Shown here in pieces: positions 52,813 through 63,289 of a DNA stretch of 64,000 bases. Source of the DNA: Meyerozyma guilliermondii (taxonomy: Eukaryota). The stretch is from positions 1,364,001 through 1,428,000 of the forward strand of contig CP128816.1 in the NCBI GenBank assembly GCA_051546255.1. The letters are read 5' to 3'. Position numbers and translations under genes: made by a program. The notes below the pieces were generated by a model. That model saw only the letters and a program-made list of their open reading frames with translations. It made no database searches and was not told the DNA's origin. Positions within the stretch are counted from its first letter, which is position 1; the number at the start of each line of letters is the position of its first letter.

Positions 52813-55125
52813 ATGAAGAACGGCATCCATGAGCTGTCGATTTCGGTGGCGGTCCGTGTGCGGCCGTTTACCGAGGCCGAGCTCCGGCGGCTATCTGAGT
52901 ATATTCCGGGGCCACGACCGGTGGACAATGCGCAGTTGGCGTCGTCTGCGCCGCCGGTGGTGACGCCAGCAGCAATCCGACGAGTACTCCGGGTTGTTGA
53001 TGAAAAGATGTTGGTGTTTGATCCGGCCGACGAGGGCGGCGGACGACATTGCAGCCTGGCCAATCCGAGGGCACGCGAACATCGGTTTGTTTTTGACCGG
53101 TTATTGGACGAGACCGCGGGGCAGGTGCATACATATGAGGCCACCGCCCGGCCACTTATAGACAGTGTACTTGACGGGTATAATTCGACGGTGTTTGCAT
53201 ACGGAGCCACCGGATGTGGCAAAACGCATACCATTGTAGGACCGGAACTGGATCCGGGGGTGGTTTTTTTGGCAACACGCGAGCTTTACGACCGGCTCGA
53301 GGCCCGCACCGATAAACCGTCGGTCACGATGTCGTACCTCGAGATCTACAACGAAACGGTTCGAGATCTACTTAATCCGACCACCACATCCAACCGGTTG
53401 GTTATTCGAGAAAATGCCGGGGGCAAAATGACGGTTGCAAATCTTGCATCTCATGCCCCCGGAAATGTTGATGAGGTGATGCAACTCATAGCCATTGGCA
53501 ACCAAAACCGAACCTGCGCTGCCACCGACGCCAATGCGGTATCGTCGCGATCACACGCGGTGCTCCAGCTCACCGTTACCACCGGAACTCCCGAAGACAC
53601 CACCGACGCCAACCTGTTCCACGTCACCTCGGCCACATTCACGTTTGTCGACTTGGCCGGAAGTGAACGCGCCGCCGCGTCGTCCAACCGAGGCACCCGA
53701 CTCCACGAGGGCGCCAACATCAACCGGTCGCTCCTTGCATTGGGAAACTGCATCAACGCCCTCTGCGATCCGCGCCGCCATAAACATGTTCCTTACCGCG
53801 ACTCAAAACTAACACGTCTTCTTAAATTTTCTCTTGGAGGAAATTGTCGAACCGTGATGATTGCTTGTGTATCGCCGCTGTCGCACCATTATGATGAAAC
53901 ATTAAACACTCTCAAATATGCTGACCGGGCAAAACACATTTCTACAAAAGTAGTGAGAAATCGCCACACTGTTGACCGCCATGTTGGCACGCTTCGGGCC
54001 ACCGTGATGGCTCAGCAGCGGGAAATCAACCGGCTACGACTCCAGCTTGGCCAGCTTGAAACTTCTGGCAAAAATCCGCTGGCAAAAAGGAGCTCTCTGG
54101 CGATTTTGGCCCTGGTTGACCATGAACACACGTCGCAAACATTAAAGAATCTATGGTCCCAAATCAACTCGCTGGTGGAGTCTCGTCGTCGGAAATGTAC
54201 GTTGTTGGCCCAAAGACTGATCTTGTTTCGCCACCGATTGCAGGCATCTTTTTTGGCGGAAAAAATTCAGCATTTGCCCGACAAATCCGTACTCATTTCG
54301 CTCGTGGCAACCATAGACAAAACTATCGCCATGTTGGAGTCACAGTATAACACACCCGACGAAACAGACGAGTTGTTCGCAGTGGCGTCGCAGGTCGATC
54401 CCACAGCAGACTCAAGTCCTCACTGGCACGAATTCCATCGGTCGGTGGTGCAACTCGCACACCAAAATTACAGTGGAATTGTCGTCCAAAAAGCTTCTGT
54501 TTTCCTTGAAAGCTTGCTCTGTGCTGCGCCTCACCTCGTGTGTAGCCACGCCGACACCGACTTTGCCACTGAGTTCATCAACACCGTTTCTGACTTTGTT
54601 GGAGGAAAGCACGATCATGTTATTAAAAACCACGCACAGTGGTTTTTCAGCCAGCTGCAACACCAGACGGTCCAGCCGCCTGTACCTCCTCAAAAACCTT
54701 TGTCGCGTCGCCGCAAATCTATCAGAATGCTGCTGGCAGAAAAACGGGTCCGATGGGAGTTTCCCGACCAGTCGGACAGACAGATGGACAAATCCATAGA
54801 CAAGTCGATGGATCCCAGCGACTTTAGTCCCGACGGGTCCGAGGTGGGGTCGCCAAAAGCGCCGTTTGATGAGCTCGACTTGTCGTTCGACCCTTCTCTC
54901 AGTCTGCCTCCGCTATCGGCGGTGCTTCCAGAACAGTTGAACAAGACTCTCGCCGTGAACAAGGTGAGGAAACCCGGCCGAATACCACTCACGGCTCGAA
55001 AACTACCTACTAGCGACACAATTCAGGAAAATTCAGACTCAATTGAAGAAGCGGTTAGTCTGACTCCGGTCCATAGTCCTGGCTCTCCGCGATTGGGACC
55101 ACCAACAAGAGCGATTGATCGTTGA
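52813..55125 (+). CDS. KIP3: Kinesin-8 motor
   Basis: YGATGCGKTHT, SSRSHA, DLAGSERA, GANINRSLLALGNCINAL, HVPYRDSKLTRLL. Confidence 0.92.
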   Translation: MKNGIHELSISVAVRVRPFTEAELRRLSEYIPGPRPVDNAQLASSAPPVVTPAAIRRVLRVVDEKMLVFDPADEGGGRHCSLANPRAREHRFVFDRLLDETAGQVHTYEATARPLIDSVLDGYNSTVFAYGATGCGKTHTIVGPELDPGVVFLATRELYDRLEARTDKPSVTMSYLEIYNETVRDLLNPTTTSNRLVIRENAGGKMTVANLASHAPGNVDEVMQLIAIGNQNRTCAATDANAVSSRSHAVLQLTVTTGTPEDTTDANLFHVTSATFTFVDLAGSERAAASSNRGTRLHEGANINRSLLALGNCINALCDPRRHKHVPYRDSKLTRLLKFSLGGNCRTVMIACVSPLSHHYDETLNTLKYADRAKHISTKVVRNRHTVDRHVGTLRATVMAQQREINRLRLQLGQLETSGKNPLAKRSSLAILALVDHEHTSQTLKNLWSQINSLVESRRRKCTLLAQRLILFRHRLQASFLAEKIQHLPDKSVLISLVATIDKTIAMLESQYNTPDETDELFAVASQVDPTADSSPHWHEFHRSVVQLAHQNYSGIVVQKASVFLESLLCAAPHLVCSHADTDFATEFINTVSDFVGGKHDHVIKNHAQWFFSQLQHQTVQPPVPPQKPLSRRRKSIRMLLAEKRVRWEFPDQSDRQMDKSIDKSMDPSDFSPDGSEVGSPKAPFDELDLSFDPSLSLPPLSAVLPEQLNKTLAVNKVRKPGRIPLTARKLPTSDTIQENSDSIEEAVSLTPVHSPGSPRLGPPTRAIDR

Positions 55126-55485
55126 GGACAGAACAAAGCACAGCATTTTGATGAGTTGAAAAGTCAAAGTTTACAACCTCTAGAGATCAGTTCTTATTGT
55201 TAATTCTGATCTACGTATATTCTGGATAAGTCAGGTCAGAAAATTGCATTTTATATTGAATATCAACATACTTTTGAGTCTGGAGTTTGCACCGAATACA
55301 GCCTTACTGATATCCAATACAAAGCGGTATTGTTCAAAGTATTCAAAAATTTACCCTGTGGATACTCAATGTATACTATTTCATCAAGATACGTAGAAGT
55401 AGTTTTAAGATTTCAAGGTTGTAGAAAATGAGTACTCATTGCAAAATAGAACAAGACAAACGATTTTTTATTTATCAATGAAAAA

Positions 55486-56148
55486 CTAGTACCTGTCGTT
55501 TCTTCCGTAATTGTCACCTCTGCCGTAGTCATCTCTACGTCCACCATAATCATCTCTACGTCCACCAAAGTCATCTCTTCTTCCACCAAAGTCATCTCTT
55601 CCACCAAAGTCTCCGCCATGTCTTCCCTCGTGTCTTCCTTCGTTTCTGCCGTAATCATTACGACCGTAGTCATTTCTACCATAATCGTTTCCGCCTCCGT
55701 AATTGTCATTTCTTCCGTAATCGTTTCTTCCACCATAATTGTCGTTTCTTCCTCCATAGTTATCGTTTCTTCCATAGTCGTTTCTTCCCTCATGTTTGCC
55801 CTCGTGGCCTCCCAACAATCCACTCACCATTCCACCGAGACCGCCCTGGCCATGACTCTGGTTCTGGCCCTGGTAACCCTGGTTCTGGTTGTGACGACCC
55901 TCGAACGCATCCTCAAGCTTGTTGGCTCCAATTGCGCCCACTAAAGCTCCACCAATTTTTCCGAGCGTCGAGTGTTCTTGGCCGCCCATTTTTCCGCCGC
56001 CATAACCGCCAGCAACTCCACCAATAACAGTTGATAAAAGTCCTCTATCGCCCTCCTGTCCCTCGCCTCCTTGTGGGCGTTGTTGTTGGGACTCTGGACG
56101 TTGGTAAGATCCCTGATCTCCTTGGGAGTAAAATTCGTTGGCAGACAT
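55486..56148 (-). CDS. YNL208W-like glycine-rich protein with glycine zipper and G/R/N/D/Y repeats
   Basis: MSANEFYS, GDRGLLSTVIGG, GAIGANKL match recalled YNL208W. Confidence 0.75.
   Translation of the reverse strand: MSANEFYSQGDQGSYQRPESQQQRPQGGEGQEGDRGLLSTVIGGVAGGYGGGKMGGQEHSTLGKIGGALVGAIGANKLEDAFEGRHNQNQGYQGQNQSHGQGGLGGMVSGLLGGHEGKHEGRNDYGRNDNYGGRNDNYGGRNDYGRNDNYGGGNDYGRNDYGRNDYGRNEGRHEGRHGGDFGGRDDFGGRRDDFGGRRDDYGGRRDDYGRGDNYGRNDRY
55490..55810 (-). repeat. Coding tandem repeats (GRND(N)Y, GGRRDD(F/Y), HEG(R/K))
   Basis: 15-21-bp repeats visible in DNA and protein. Confidence 0.9.
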
Positions 56149-56160
56149 TTGTGGGAATCG

Positions 56161-56217
56161 AGGGGAAACGTTCCTTATATAGGGGCCCTGGATCTGATGA
56201 CGTCATGGATGCAGGGG
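56161..56217. promoter_or_regulatory. Stress-type promoter: CRE, three STREs and TATA
   Basis: ATGACGTCAT at 56197-56206; AGGGG at 56161, 56181 and 56213; TATATAA (-) at 56175-56181. Confidence 0.6.
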
Positions 56218-56303
56218 ACACGCAAGAGAACGCGTCGACAGAAGTCGGATTTCGAATACGGAGGTGAAACGGAGATGAAACGGAAATGATAGAAACGATT
56301 TAC

Positions 56304-58040
56304 TTACATGATGACGCAGTCCTTTTCGGCCAGGCCGGAACTCTTTTTAATCTTCTTTTGGAGTTTTGCCGCCACTTGCTTGTCGTGAATTCGCGACACC
56401 GCTTTGGCTTCGCCATGTTCAGCCGCACGCAAGTACCATGTCTGAGCCTCAGCGTCATTTTTTATGCACCCGATCCCCTTGTCGTAAAAATTAGCCATTG
56501 CAAACTCTGCTTTAGGTAGCCCACATGCAGCTGCACGCTTAACCCATTCGAATGCTTCACTTTCATCTTTGGGGAGATACGGATCACTTCCGACCAAGTA
56601 CCATGCACCCATAGCGAGCATACTGGCCGGATCTCCACCCAATGCCGCTTGGGTATAATAATGGATCGACAAGTTTGCATCCTGTGGAACCGTGTCGCCA
56701 ACCTCGTAAAAATGGCCGAGGGCTGCTGCCAGTTGTATGTGGCCAAATGCAGCCGCCTGCGAATAAAGTTCCAATGCATACTTTCGGTCAACAATGACAA
56801 TATCTTTGAACCCTTCCAAATATATTTTTCCAAGTTCATAAGGTGCTGCCGCAGTCAATTCTGTGGCAGCAGTAGCTGCACGTGTAAGCCACTTGATTCC
56901 CATTTTTTTGGTGTTGTCATCTTGTCCGAGACCCATGCGACCATGAAACATGTACACTCCCAATTTATACATTGCAGCTGTATGATTACGAGATGCAGCC
57001 ATTTTGAGGTAATCCAATGCCTTACGTGCATCACGTCCAGTACCCAATCCCTCCTCGTAGCAATGTGATGTCCGGTACGCCGATTCTACATGTCCCTTTT
57101 TTGCAGCCGACTGGAAAAGACTGAATGCTTCTTTGTTTTCCGGCTTGCCAAATGCACCGGAACTGAATGCATCTGCAAGCAAGTATTGCGCCTCGGCGTA
57201 TCCCTTGTCGGCAAGCTTTTTAAGGTAAAAGTGGGCCTCACGAAGGATGGCGCGGCGCATCTTTTTCTCATCAACAACACCGGAATCGGAATTGGCCTTG
57301 GTGAGGTCGGATGAGAGTGACCTGGTTTTGCTATGATTGAGGCGAAACCGCGATTCCGATTCGGTTGCAGCAGCAGGACCGCGGTAAGGCGAAGTTTCAC
57401 CCGACTGCGACGGGGTCACCCCCGGAGAATTTGCACCGGCATTGCTTTCCATCATCAATGCGGTCTGGAGCATATACTGTGCATATTGGAACAATACCGT
57501 CGGATCGTTGGTTTTTTTCGCGTTTTGCCGGTACAATTCGATGGTTTTAAATCTTGGAACCAACGAACTATTGTTATTTCCGAGGTATTGACGAATCAAA
57601 TTGTTATCCAAATCGACCACACTCAAGTTTTCCCGGTCATAAAAAAACGACGAAGTGGAAGAAACCGACCGGTTATGGCCCCACCTCGGACTTGGTGACG
57701 GCACAAGATTGCTTTCCGACTCTGTCAACCTAGGGGGTGTCACAGCCGGGCGGTCGGAGGCATTTGGGTTCGGATTGAGCGCCAAATTTGTGAGCGACGA
57801 CGTGGCCGAAAGTGGGGTTTGTGACAGGTCCATTCCGGCGGCAGCGGCCGTCGTTGGTGATGCAAATATCGGAGGAGGGGATGCAGGCGTATGTGACGGG
57901 TATCCTGGAGAATTTGACGCTTGCTCGAGAGGAGTTGCATAACCCTCGGAATTGGGGTTTTGGATGGGGGATTCCGGCTCGATGTCATCGACGGGATACG
58001 GCGCCGTGGCGGCTTTCTGGCGGTAGGGATGAGAAGCCAT
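56304..58040 (-). CDS. CHS4: Chitin synthase III activator Chs4/Skt5 (Sel1 repeats)
   Basis: KTIELYRQNAKK, multiple SEL1 repeats, CAAX CVIM. Confidence 0.93.
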   Translation of the reverse strand: MASHPYRQKAATAPYPVDDIEPESPIQNPNSEGYATPLEQASNSPGYPSHTPASPPPIFASPTTAAAAGMDLSQTPLSATSSLTNLALNPNPNASDRPAVTPPRLTESESNLVPSPSPRWGHNRSVSSTSSFFYDRENLSVVDLDNNLIRQYLGNNNSSLVPRFKTIELYRQNAKKTNDPTVLFQYAQYMLQTALMMESNAGANSPGVTPSQSGETSPYRGPAAATESESRFRLNHSKTRSLSSDLTKANSDSGVVDEKKMRRAILREAHFYLKKLADKGYAEAQYLLADAFSSGAFGKPENKEAFSLFQSAAKKGHVESAYRTSHCYEEGLGTGRDARKALDYLKMAASRNHTAAMYKLGVYMFHGRMGLGQDDNTKKMGIKWLTRAATAATELTAAAPYELGKIYLEGFKDIVIVDRKYALELYSQAAAFGHIQLAAALGHFYEVGDTVPQDANLSIHYYTQAALGGDPASMLAMGAWYLVGSDPYLPKDESEAFEWVKRAAACGLPKAEFAMANFYDKGIGCIKNDAEAQTWYLRAAEHGEAKAVSRIHDKQVAAKLQKKIKKSSGLAEKDCVIM

Positions 58041-58309
58041 CGAGAGGATCAGTGAGAAACACGAACCACGAAACTGGTAGGGGTGCTGACGTCAGCGGAA
58101 TGCATAGAAAAATATAAGAACAAAAAATAAGAGATGAAACGTAAATTACTTACAGAACAATAACAAGACAATAGCTAACTTACTAATGATTAGGATTTGA
58201 AGAGGTCTCCAGTCTAAATTTATCTATCAATTCGTTCATTTTCTTGATTATCTACATTGATCATCTATCCTACATTCTCATTCCTCTCTTCCTTCTTCTC
58301 TCTTCTCGC

Positions 58310-58465
58310 TCCTTTCTGCTTTCACTCGTTCACTCGCTTCAGTTTCTCAGCTATTTCCCTTCTTGCATTTCTTAGCTTTCTTAGCTTTCTCAGCATTTCT
58401 CGCTAAGCTTTATCAGGTATTCGTAGTTTGCTTTCGCTCAGCTTAGCTTCGCTAAGCTTCGTTTA
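58310..58465. repeat. Pyrimidine-rich (TTCTTAGCT/GCTAAGCTT) low-complexity tract
   Basis: TTTCTTAGC x2, CGCTAAGCTT x2, TTCACTCG x2. Confidence 0.55.
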
Positions 58466-58470
58466 CTCGT

Positions 58471-59214
58471 TCAGCTCTTGAACACATGCACAACCACCGC
58501 CACCGTCGCGGCAGCCATAATACAAATCAACGACAACACCCGCAGTCCCCCACCATTTTCCTCCACGAGCAACCGCGCGCGGTCTTCCGAGTCGAGGGTG
58601 CTGAAATCTGGCGGCACAAATGGCTTTTCCCCACCACTCGCACCGCCACCCGCCGCCATTTTTGCTGCTTTTTCTGCCGCCAATGCCGCGGCCTCAGCGT
58701 CTGCTTTTTGTTTGGCGGCAATTTCCTCCCTATTTTTCCTCGCCACCTCGGGGAAATGCTTAATGAATCGCAGATCTTCCGTCGAGTTCCATTGCTTACT
58801 CTCGCGCGCAAACCGTCGCTTGACACTATCGCTGGTCACTATCGACCCGGTAGTGGCCTCGTCGCTGGTCATAAAACTTAAAAGTCCCGTCAAAATCGTC
58901 GCCACACTCCAGGCTGGATTCCACGTGTCAGGGTGGTAGTCACTCATGGAAAGACAAAGTCGAGTATTGCAAGTAAAACGGCCATTAGGCGTGACCATCG
59001 AAATCGAAGGTGGTTTGAACGGATAATCGCCGGGAAATCGTAAAATTCCGTGGTACTGACCGTCTTCAAATGGAGTACCAGGAGGGCCGGTAATGATATA
59101 GTGCCATTCTAGAATGTCTTGATCGTTTGGCTTGGCTTCTATGAACGGAGGAGGGTTCGTCGCGATGGCGCGGTACTCCTTGTTGAGTCGTTTTTGTGCT
59201 TGTCTTGAAGCCAT
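58471..59214 (-). CDS. UBC6: ER tail-anchored ubiquitin-conjugating enzyme Ubc6
   Basis: TPNGRF...RLCLSMSDYHPDTWNPAWSV; C-terminal TM segment. Confidence 0.96.
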   Translation of the reverse strand: MASRQAQKRLNKEYRAIATNPPPFIEAKPNDQDILEWHYIITGPPGTPFEDGQYHGILRFPGDYPFKPPSISMVTPNGRFTCNTRLCLSMSDYHPDTWNPAWSVATILTGLLSFMTSDEATTGSIVTSDSVKRRFARESKQWNSTEDLRFIKHFPEVARKNREEIAAKQKADAEAAALAAEKAAKMAAGGGASGGEKPFVPPDFSTLDSEDRARLLVEENGGGLRVLSLICIMAAATVAVVVHVFKS

Positions 59215-60016
59215 TAATGGGTGGTTATGGAAATAGCGCAGATAAGTCGGTGTGCGCGATACACTACTGCATCCAAACACCTCACACAAGCAGATACCAA
59301 GCATATACCAAGCTTAGCCGGACAGGTGATCCGAATATTGGAAACAGCAATTCCTTAATTTCTCATTCGATCATGAGAAAACAACCATTGTTGTATTGCT
59401 GGTTTCTATTCTCGATCACCACGGTTTTCAGATTTTGGGTAGGCATGCCGGTATAATTTGCAGCCATTTTCTCAGCCAAAAATCAAAAACTCAACTGCGT
59501 TTTTTTCTCCTTTTAGGCTTCTACAACCAGAAAACTTTAGCAGATCATGCTTTTGACATCCATGGTCTACTAACAACTTTCAATATCAGCTCAAAAACAA
59601 AACTATTTTCATTCCGACTTCACCACATGAACAACGTTATTGTACTTGTCAGTACATCATTATCATGAATAATTGAGCAATTGCATTTTGAGCTTTGCTA
59701 TCCTCACTTTGCTTGAAAGCAAGTTACTACAGGTTCCATTGACTTGCAGCGACAGGCTGCAATATTCAACGAAAAAGTTAAGAGATATCAACCTGAATAT
59801 CATTGACAAAATCCATTCCACGTCATAACTCAAAGGTTTACTCAACAATTCACTATACTAACGACCGACGTATCACTAGTCACTACGGAAAGATTTCTGG
59901 AATTTTTCACCACTTCGGATTTTATTCACTAGAAACATCACATCATACTTTTCACTTCGATTATTGGAGAGATCACTGCAAACTTTTCACTTCAGATTTA
60001 TTCGACTCCAACTTTT

Positions 60017-60934
60017 TCACTCCGGCCGACGTCCAATGGCCACCATGATCTTCCACTCCACCACACAAGTTTCAACACCGTCATTAATTCCAGTTCTCAT
60101 TTCACCAGCTTCCAACTTTTTGGCTTCCACAGGCAGATTTGCTACAAAATTTTGTGGAACCCATGCTTTCGTTGATAATTCCACCGCACTCGTATTCTTC
60201 TCCAAGCCGGCAAATTCAAGAGCTTCGTTCAAACTTTCGGGACTTATCACGCTGTGACGTACACCCTTAAAGTCCTTCAGTACTTCTGCTCCGGCGATTT
60301 CTCGGTAAAAATCGACAATGTAGAGCCATCCACCCGGTTTAAGAAACGATGCCAACTTTTTTGTCATGGCTCCAAAATCGTGGAAATGGTGGTACGCCAA
60401 CGAACAAACGATCACATCGGCCGAGGATTCAAGAGGACGGATATCTGCCTCGGCTTCGTCACTCAAAATGTCAGCTTTGACAATTTTGGTCCATATTGAA
60501 GAGTCTTTGGTAATCACATCCAACTGTGATTTGAACCTGTTCAAAAATCCCTCGTTAATATCTACCCCCACAATTTTGGAAGCCTTGTCTTTTGCCTCCA
60601 AGTAAGGTACAAAAATTCTATCTAAAATTCCAGGTCCACAGGCAAAATCCAATATGGTTGCACCTGGTTTGATAGGACAGTTTGGAAAGTTTGAATTGAA
60701 ATTCTTCACCGAGGGTAAAATACTTTCATTAAAACCACCATCCTCGGCGTCTGGATTTCCAACAGTCTTTGGAGAATTTGTGGAATTGTTTCGAGTCGCC
60801 AATGGATCTAATTCTAGTACAGCTTTTGCAATCAGATAAGCAAAGGCTCTGCTACCAGGAAGGTTTTCATAGTGTTCTCCCAACGAGCTGAATTGCTCCA
60901 AATTGTCTTGTACTGCTTGTTTGTGGTGGTCCAT
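60017..60934 (-). CDS. Class I SAM-dependent methyltransferase, unknown substrate
   Basis: ILDFACGPG motif I, VGVDIN, DVIVCSLAYHHF, LKPGGWLYIVDF; start 60934 or 60943. Confidence 0.85.
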   Translation of the reverse strand: MDHHKQAVQDNLEQFSSLGEHYENLPGSRAFAYLIAKAVLELDPLATRNNSTNSPKTVGNPDAEDGGFNESILPSVKNFNSNFPNCPIKPGATILDFACGPGILDRIFVPYLEAKDKASKIVGVDINEGFLNRFKSQLDVITKDSSIWTKIVKADILSDEAEADIRPLESSADVIVCSLAYHHFHDFGAMTKKLASFLKPGGWLYIVDFYREIAGAEVLKDFKGVRHSVISPESLNEALEFAGLEKNTSAVELSTKAWVPQNFVANLPVEAKKLEAGEMRTGINDGVETCVVEWKIMVAIGRRPE

Positions 60935-61696
60935 AAAAATCATCTGGAAAGGAAAACAGGTGACTTTTATAGGTCGCAACCACCAAGTGCTTGCCTAATG
61001 GGACCAGTTAGGTCTATGAGCAATATTCGTGCATAGGCACATTGGATCTGTTAAATCCTGTTAAATCCGTGAGGGTCGAGCATTTTTTCCTGCATGGCTC
61101 ACAGCCAAAATAATTTGTGTTCCTGCATATATACTGCTGGGATCTGTTAAATCCGTGTGGGTGTTTTGATCTAATCGGGTATCGAGTGTCAATTCCTGCA
61201 GACAACTCCCCATCGTCAAGAAGGTCTTCTATCGATTCTGGAACCTGGTAATGATACCAGGTATGGTATTCGGATCCGCCGCTCCGAGTAAACATGCAAG
61301 AATGTCAGTTTGAATCCATGAACCATCTCGTCATTTGCGGCAGATTTTGACACAAATTCAGCACTAAATTTAAGGTTTATCTCAACCTCCAAATGTCAAC
61401 TGAAGCCCGAAACTTTGCCTTATAAAATCAACGGTGATCCTGCAGATAGGCCTGTCATCCTGAAAGTTCGGGATTCTATGCACGAAATAGGCAAGTGAAG
61501 CGCGGCGCGATAAGGCGTGCATGATTATGCTTTGTGTTACCTAGAGGGTTCAGATCTAACGGTTGGTTGCTCCATAAAGGGGGAACAAAAGGGGGCGCAA
61601 AAGTATATAAGAAGTCGGTTGCCCGAGCATCTGTGTGATTTTTTATCGCGTGAGATATTACTTAACGGCTGATTATAGAATTTGCAGCAACTGAAA

Positions 61697-62854
61697 ATGG
61701 CAACGGCAGAATTACTTCTGGCTATCAAGGCGGGAAATGGCTACAAGGGTTTCTCCGAGGAATTCTACGACTCGCTGGTGCTTGGTGAGACCTATGCCCA
61801 GCTCAAAAAGTATGAAAGTGTCAAGTTTGATCCAATGGTGCATTTGAAGTTTTATTCAGAAGACCCCATTCACAAGTTTAATTTCAACAATACCAGAAGA
61901 TTGACGATGGAAGAGTTGGGTCTTACTAGCAAAAAGCAAATCTCACATATTGGGGTTCTGGACCCGTTTCCTTTGTTCACTACGGAAGCTATCGAAATCA
62001 TGAAACAGGAATTATTGCAAAAAGACTTGTTTTTAAAATATGCCCGTTTGTCCTACAATTCCACTTCGGGCACAGACTGTGTTGTTCGAGGCTACGCAGT
62101 CGACAATGGAATCGTTAACACACCATTTATCCATGCGGCATGGACTCATCCCAAGACCATGGAATTGGTTTCTCTCATGGCGGGAGTGGAATTGGAAATT
62201 GTTTTCGACTACGAAATTGCCCATACCAACATTGCCATGACAGATGAAGAAACAGCTCTGAAGGAAAAGGAGTCTGCGCTTGCCAGAAGTGTTCCTCAAG
62301 ACGTTGAAAATATTCCTGCTGTTGTTGGATGGCATCGTGATAGCTACCCATTTGTATGTGTGTTGATGATGAGCGATACCACCAATATGGTTGGTGGAGA
62401 AACTGCCTTGAGAATGGGTGATGTTACAGGCAACAAATTTGCCGTGGTTCCTTCTCCACAGTCAGGACATGCTTGTGTGTTGCAAGGTGGACTCATTGAA
62501 CATATTGCTCAAAAGCCTGCTGGAATGACTGAGAGAATTACCATGGTTACTTCTTACCGTCCCAAAGATCCTCTCAAGTACGACAGTTCTAACCTTAAAA
62601 CTGTGAGACCAGAGATCAATTTTGGGTCGATATACAACACATTTTACCCTCAATGGGTAAAGTACCGGTGCCAAGTTGCAATCAAAAGACTCGAAAATGT
62701 CGTGGAAAATATGACTGATGAAGCCGGTAACTTTGATAAGGATTCTGTTACCGATTTGTTGTCTAACGTTGAAGAATATGTCAAAGACTCTTACGAGGAA
62801 ATGAAAGTGAGCCCTCTGGAATGGGAAAAGCTTCGCAAAAAGGTTGGTATGTGA
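61697..62854 (+). CDS. Putative 2-oxoglutarate/Fe(II)-dependent oxygenase
   Basis: WHRD (HxD), GGET, distal His in IEHIA, RITMVTSY. Confidence 0.75.
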   Translation: MATAELLLAIKAGNGYKGFSEEFYDSLVLGETYAQLKKYESVKFDPMVHLKFYSEDPIHKFNFNNTRRLTMEELGLTSKKQISHIGVLDPFPLFTTEAIEIMKQELLQKDLFLKYARLSYNSTSGTDCVVRGYAVDNGIVNTPFIHAAWTHPKTMELVSLMAGVELEIVFDYEIAHTNIAMTDEETALKEKESALARSVPQDVENIPAVVGWHRDSYPFVCVLMMSDTTNMVGGETALRMGDVTGNKFAVVPSPQSGHACVLQGGLIEHIAQKPAGMTERITMVTSYRPKDPLKYDSSNLKTVRPEINFGSIYNTFYPQWVKYRCQVAIKRLENVVENMTDEAGNFDKDSVTDLLSNVEEYVKDSYEEMKVSPLEWEKLRKKVGM

Positions 62855-63289
62855 CTGAAGGTGAGAGAAGAAGAGAGTGAAAGAAGTTATGAATTGGAAT
62901 AAATGTTTACTGGAATAGAGAGGATATTGAACTGTAAGACTGGTATATGAAGCAGACTGATGATTTGAGTCAGAAAAAATTGATTGAATATCTTTTGTGA
63001 AATATTTCAGTAATCTGTAAGTGAGACAATATTTTTTCACCTTCGAATTCAAAGAGCTGAGCATTTAGTAGATCTAAACGGCAACATAATAATATATTTT
63101 TATTGAATTCCAATTTGCAAGAAACCAGAACCTAATTGTGACTCAATTCTTAAACTAATTATTGGTGAGAATCTTCTAAAAAAAACTAGCAGCTAATCTA
63201 AAAGACATTTGCATCGTATTCGCTTCTAGCCTTTTCTCTCTTCTCATACATGTCTAATCTCAACATATTCTGGCTTTCACCGAACTGAA

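Noticed and set aside
55500..55620. RR-containing repeats as a Kex2-processed peptide precursor
   Set aside because: No signal peptide
59300..60010. Two plus-strand TACTAAC motifs (about 59568 and 59856) hinting at a hidden spliced gene
   Set aside because: No GTATGT, GTAAGT or GTGAGT donor and no coherent spliced ORF found
62966..63145. Two TGASTCA sites, and a 12-mer AATTGTGACTCA shared with position 5259
   Set aside because: Lie in a convergent terminator region; compatible with chance
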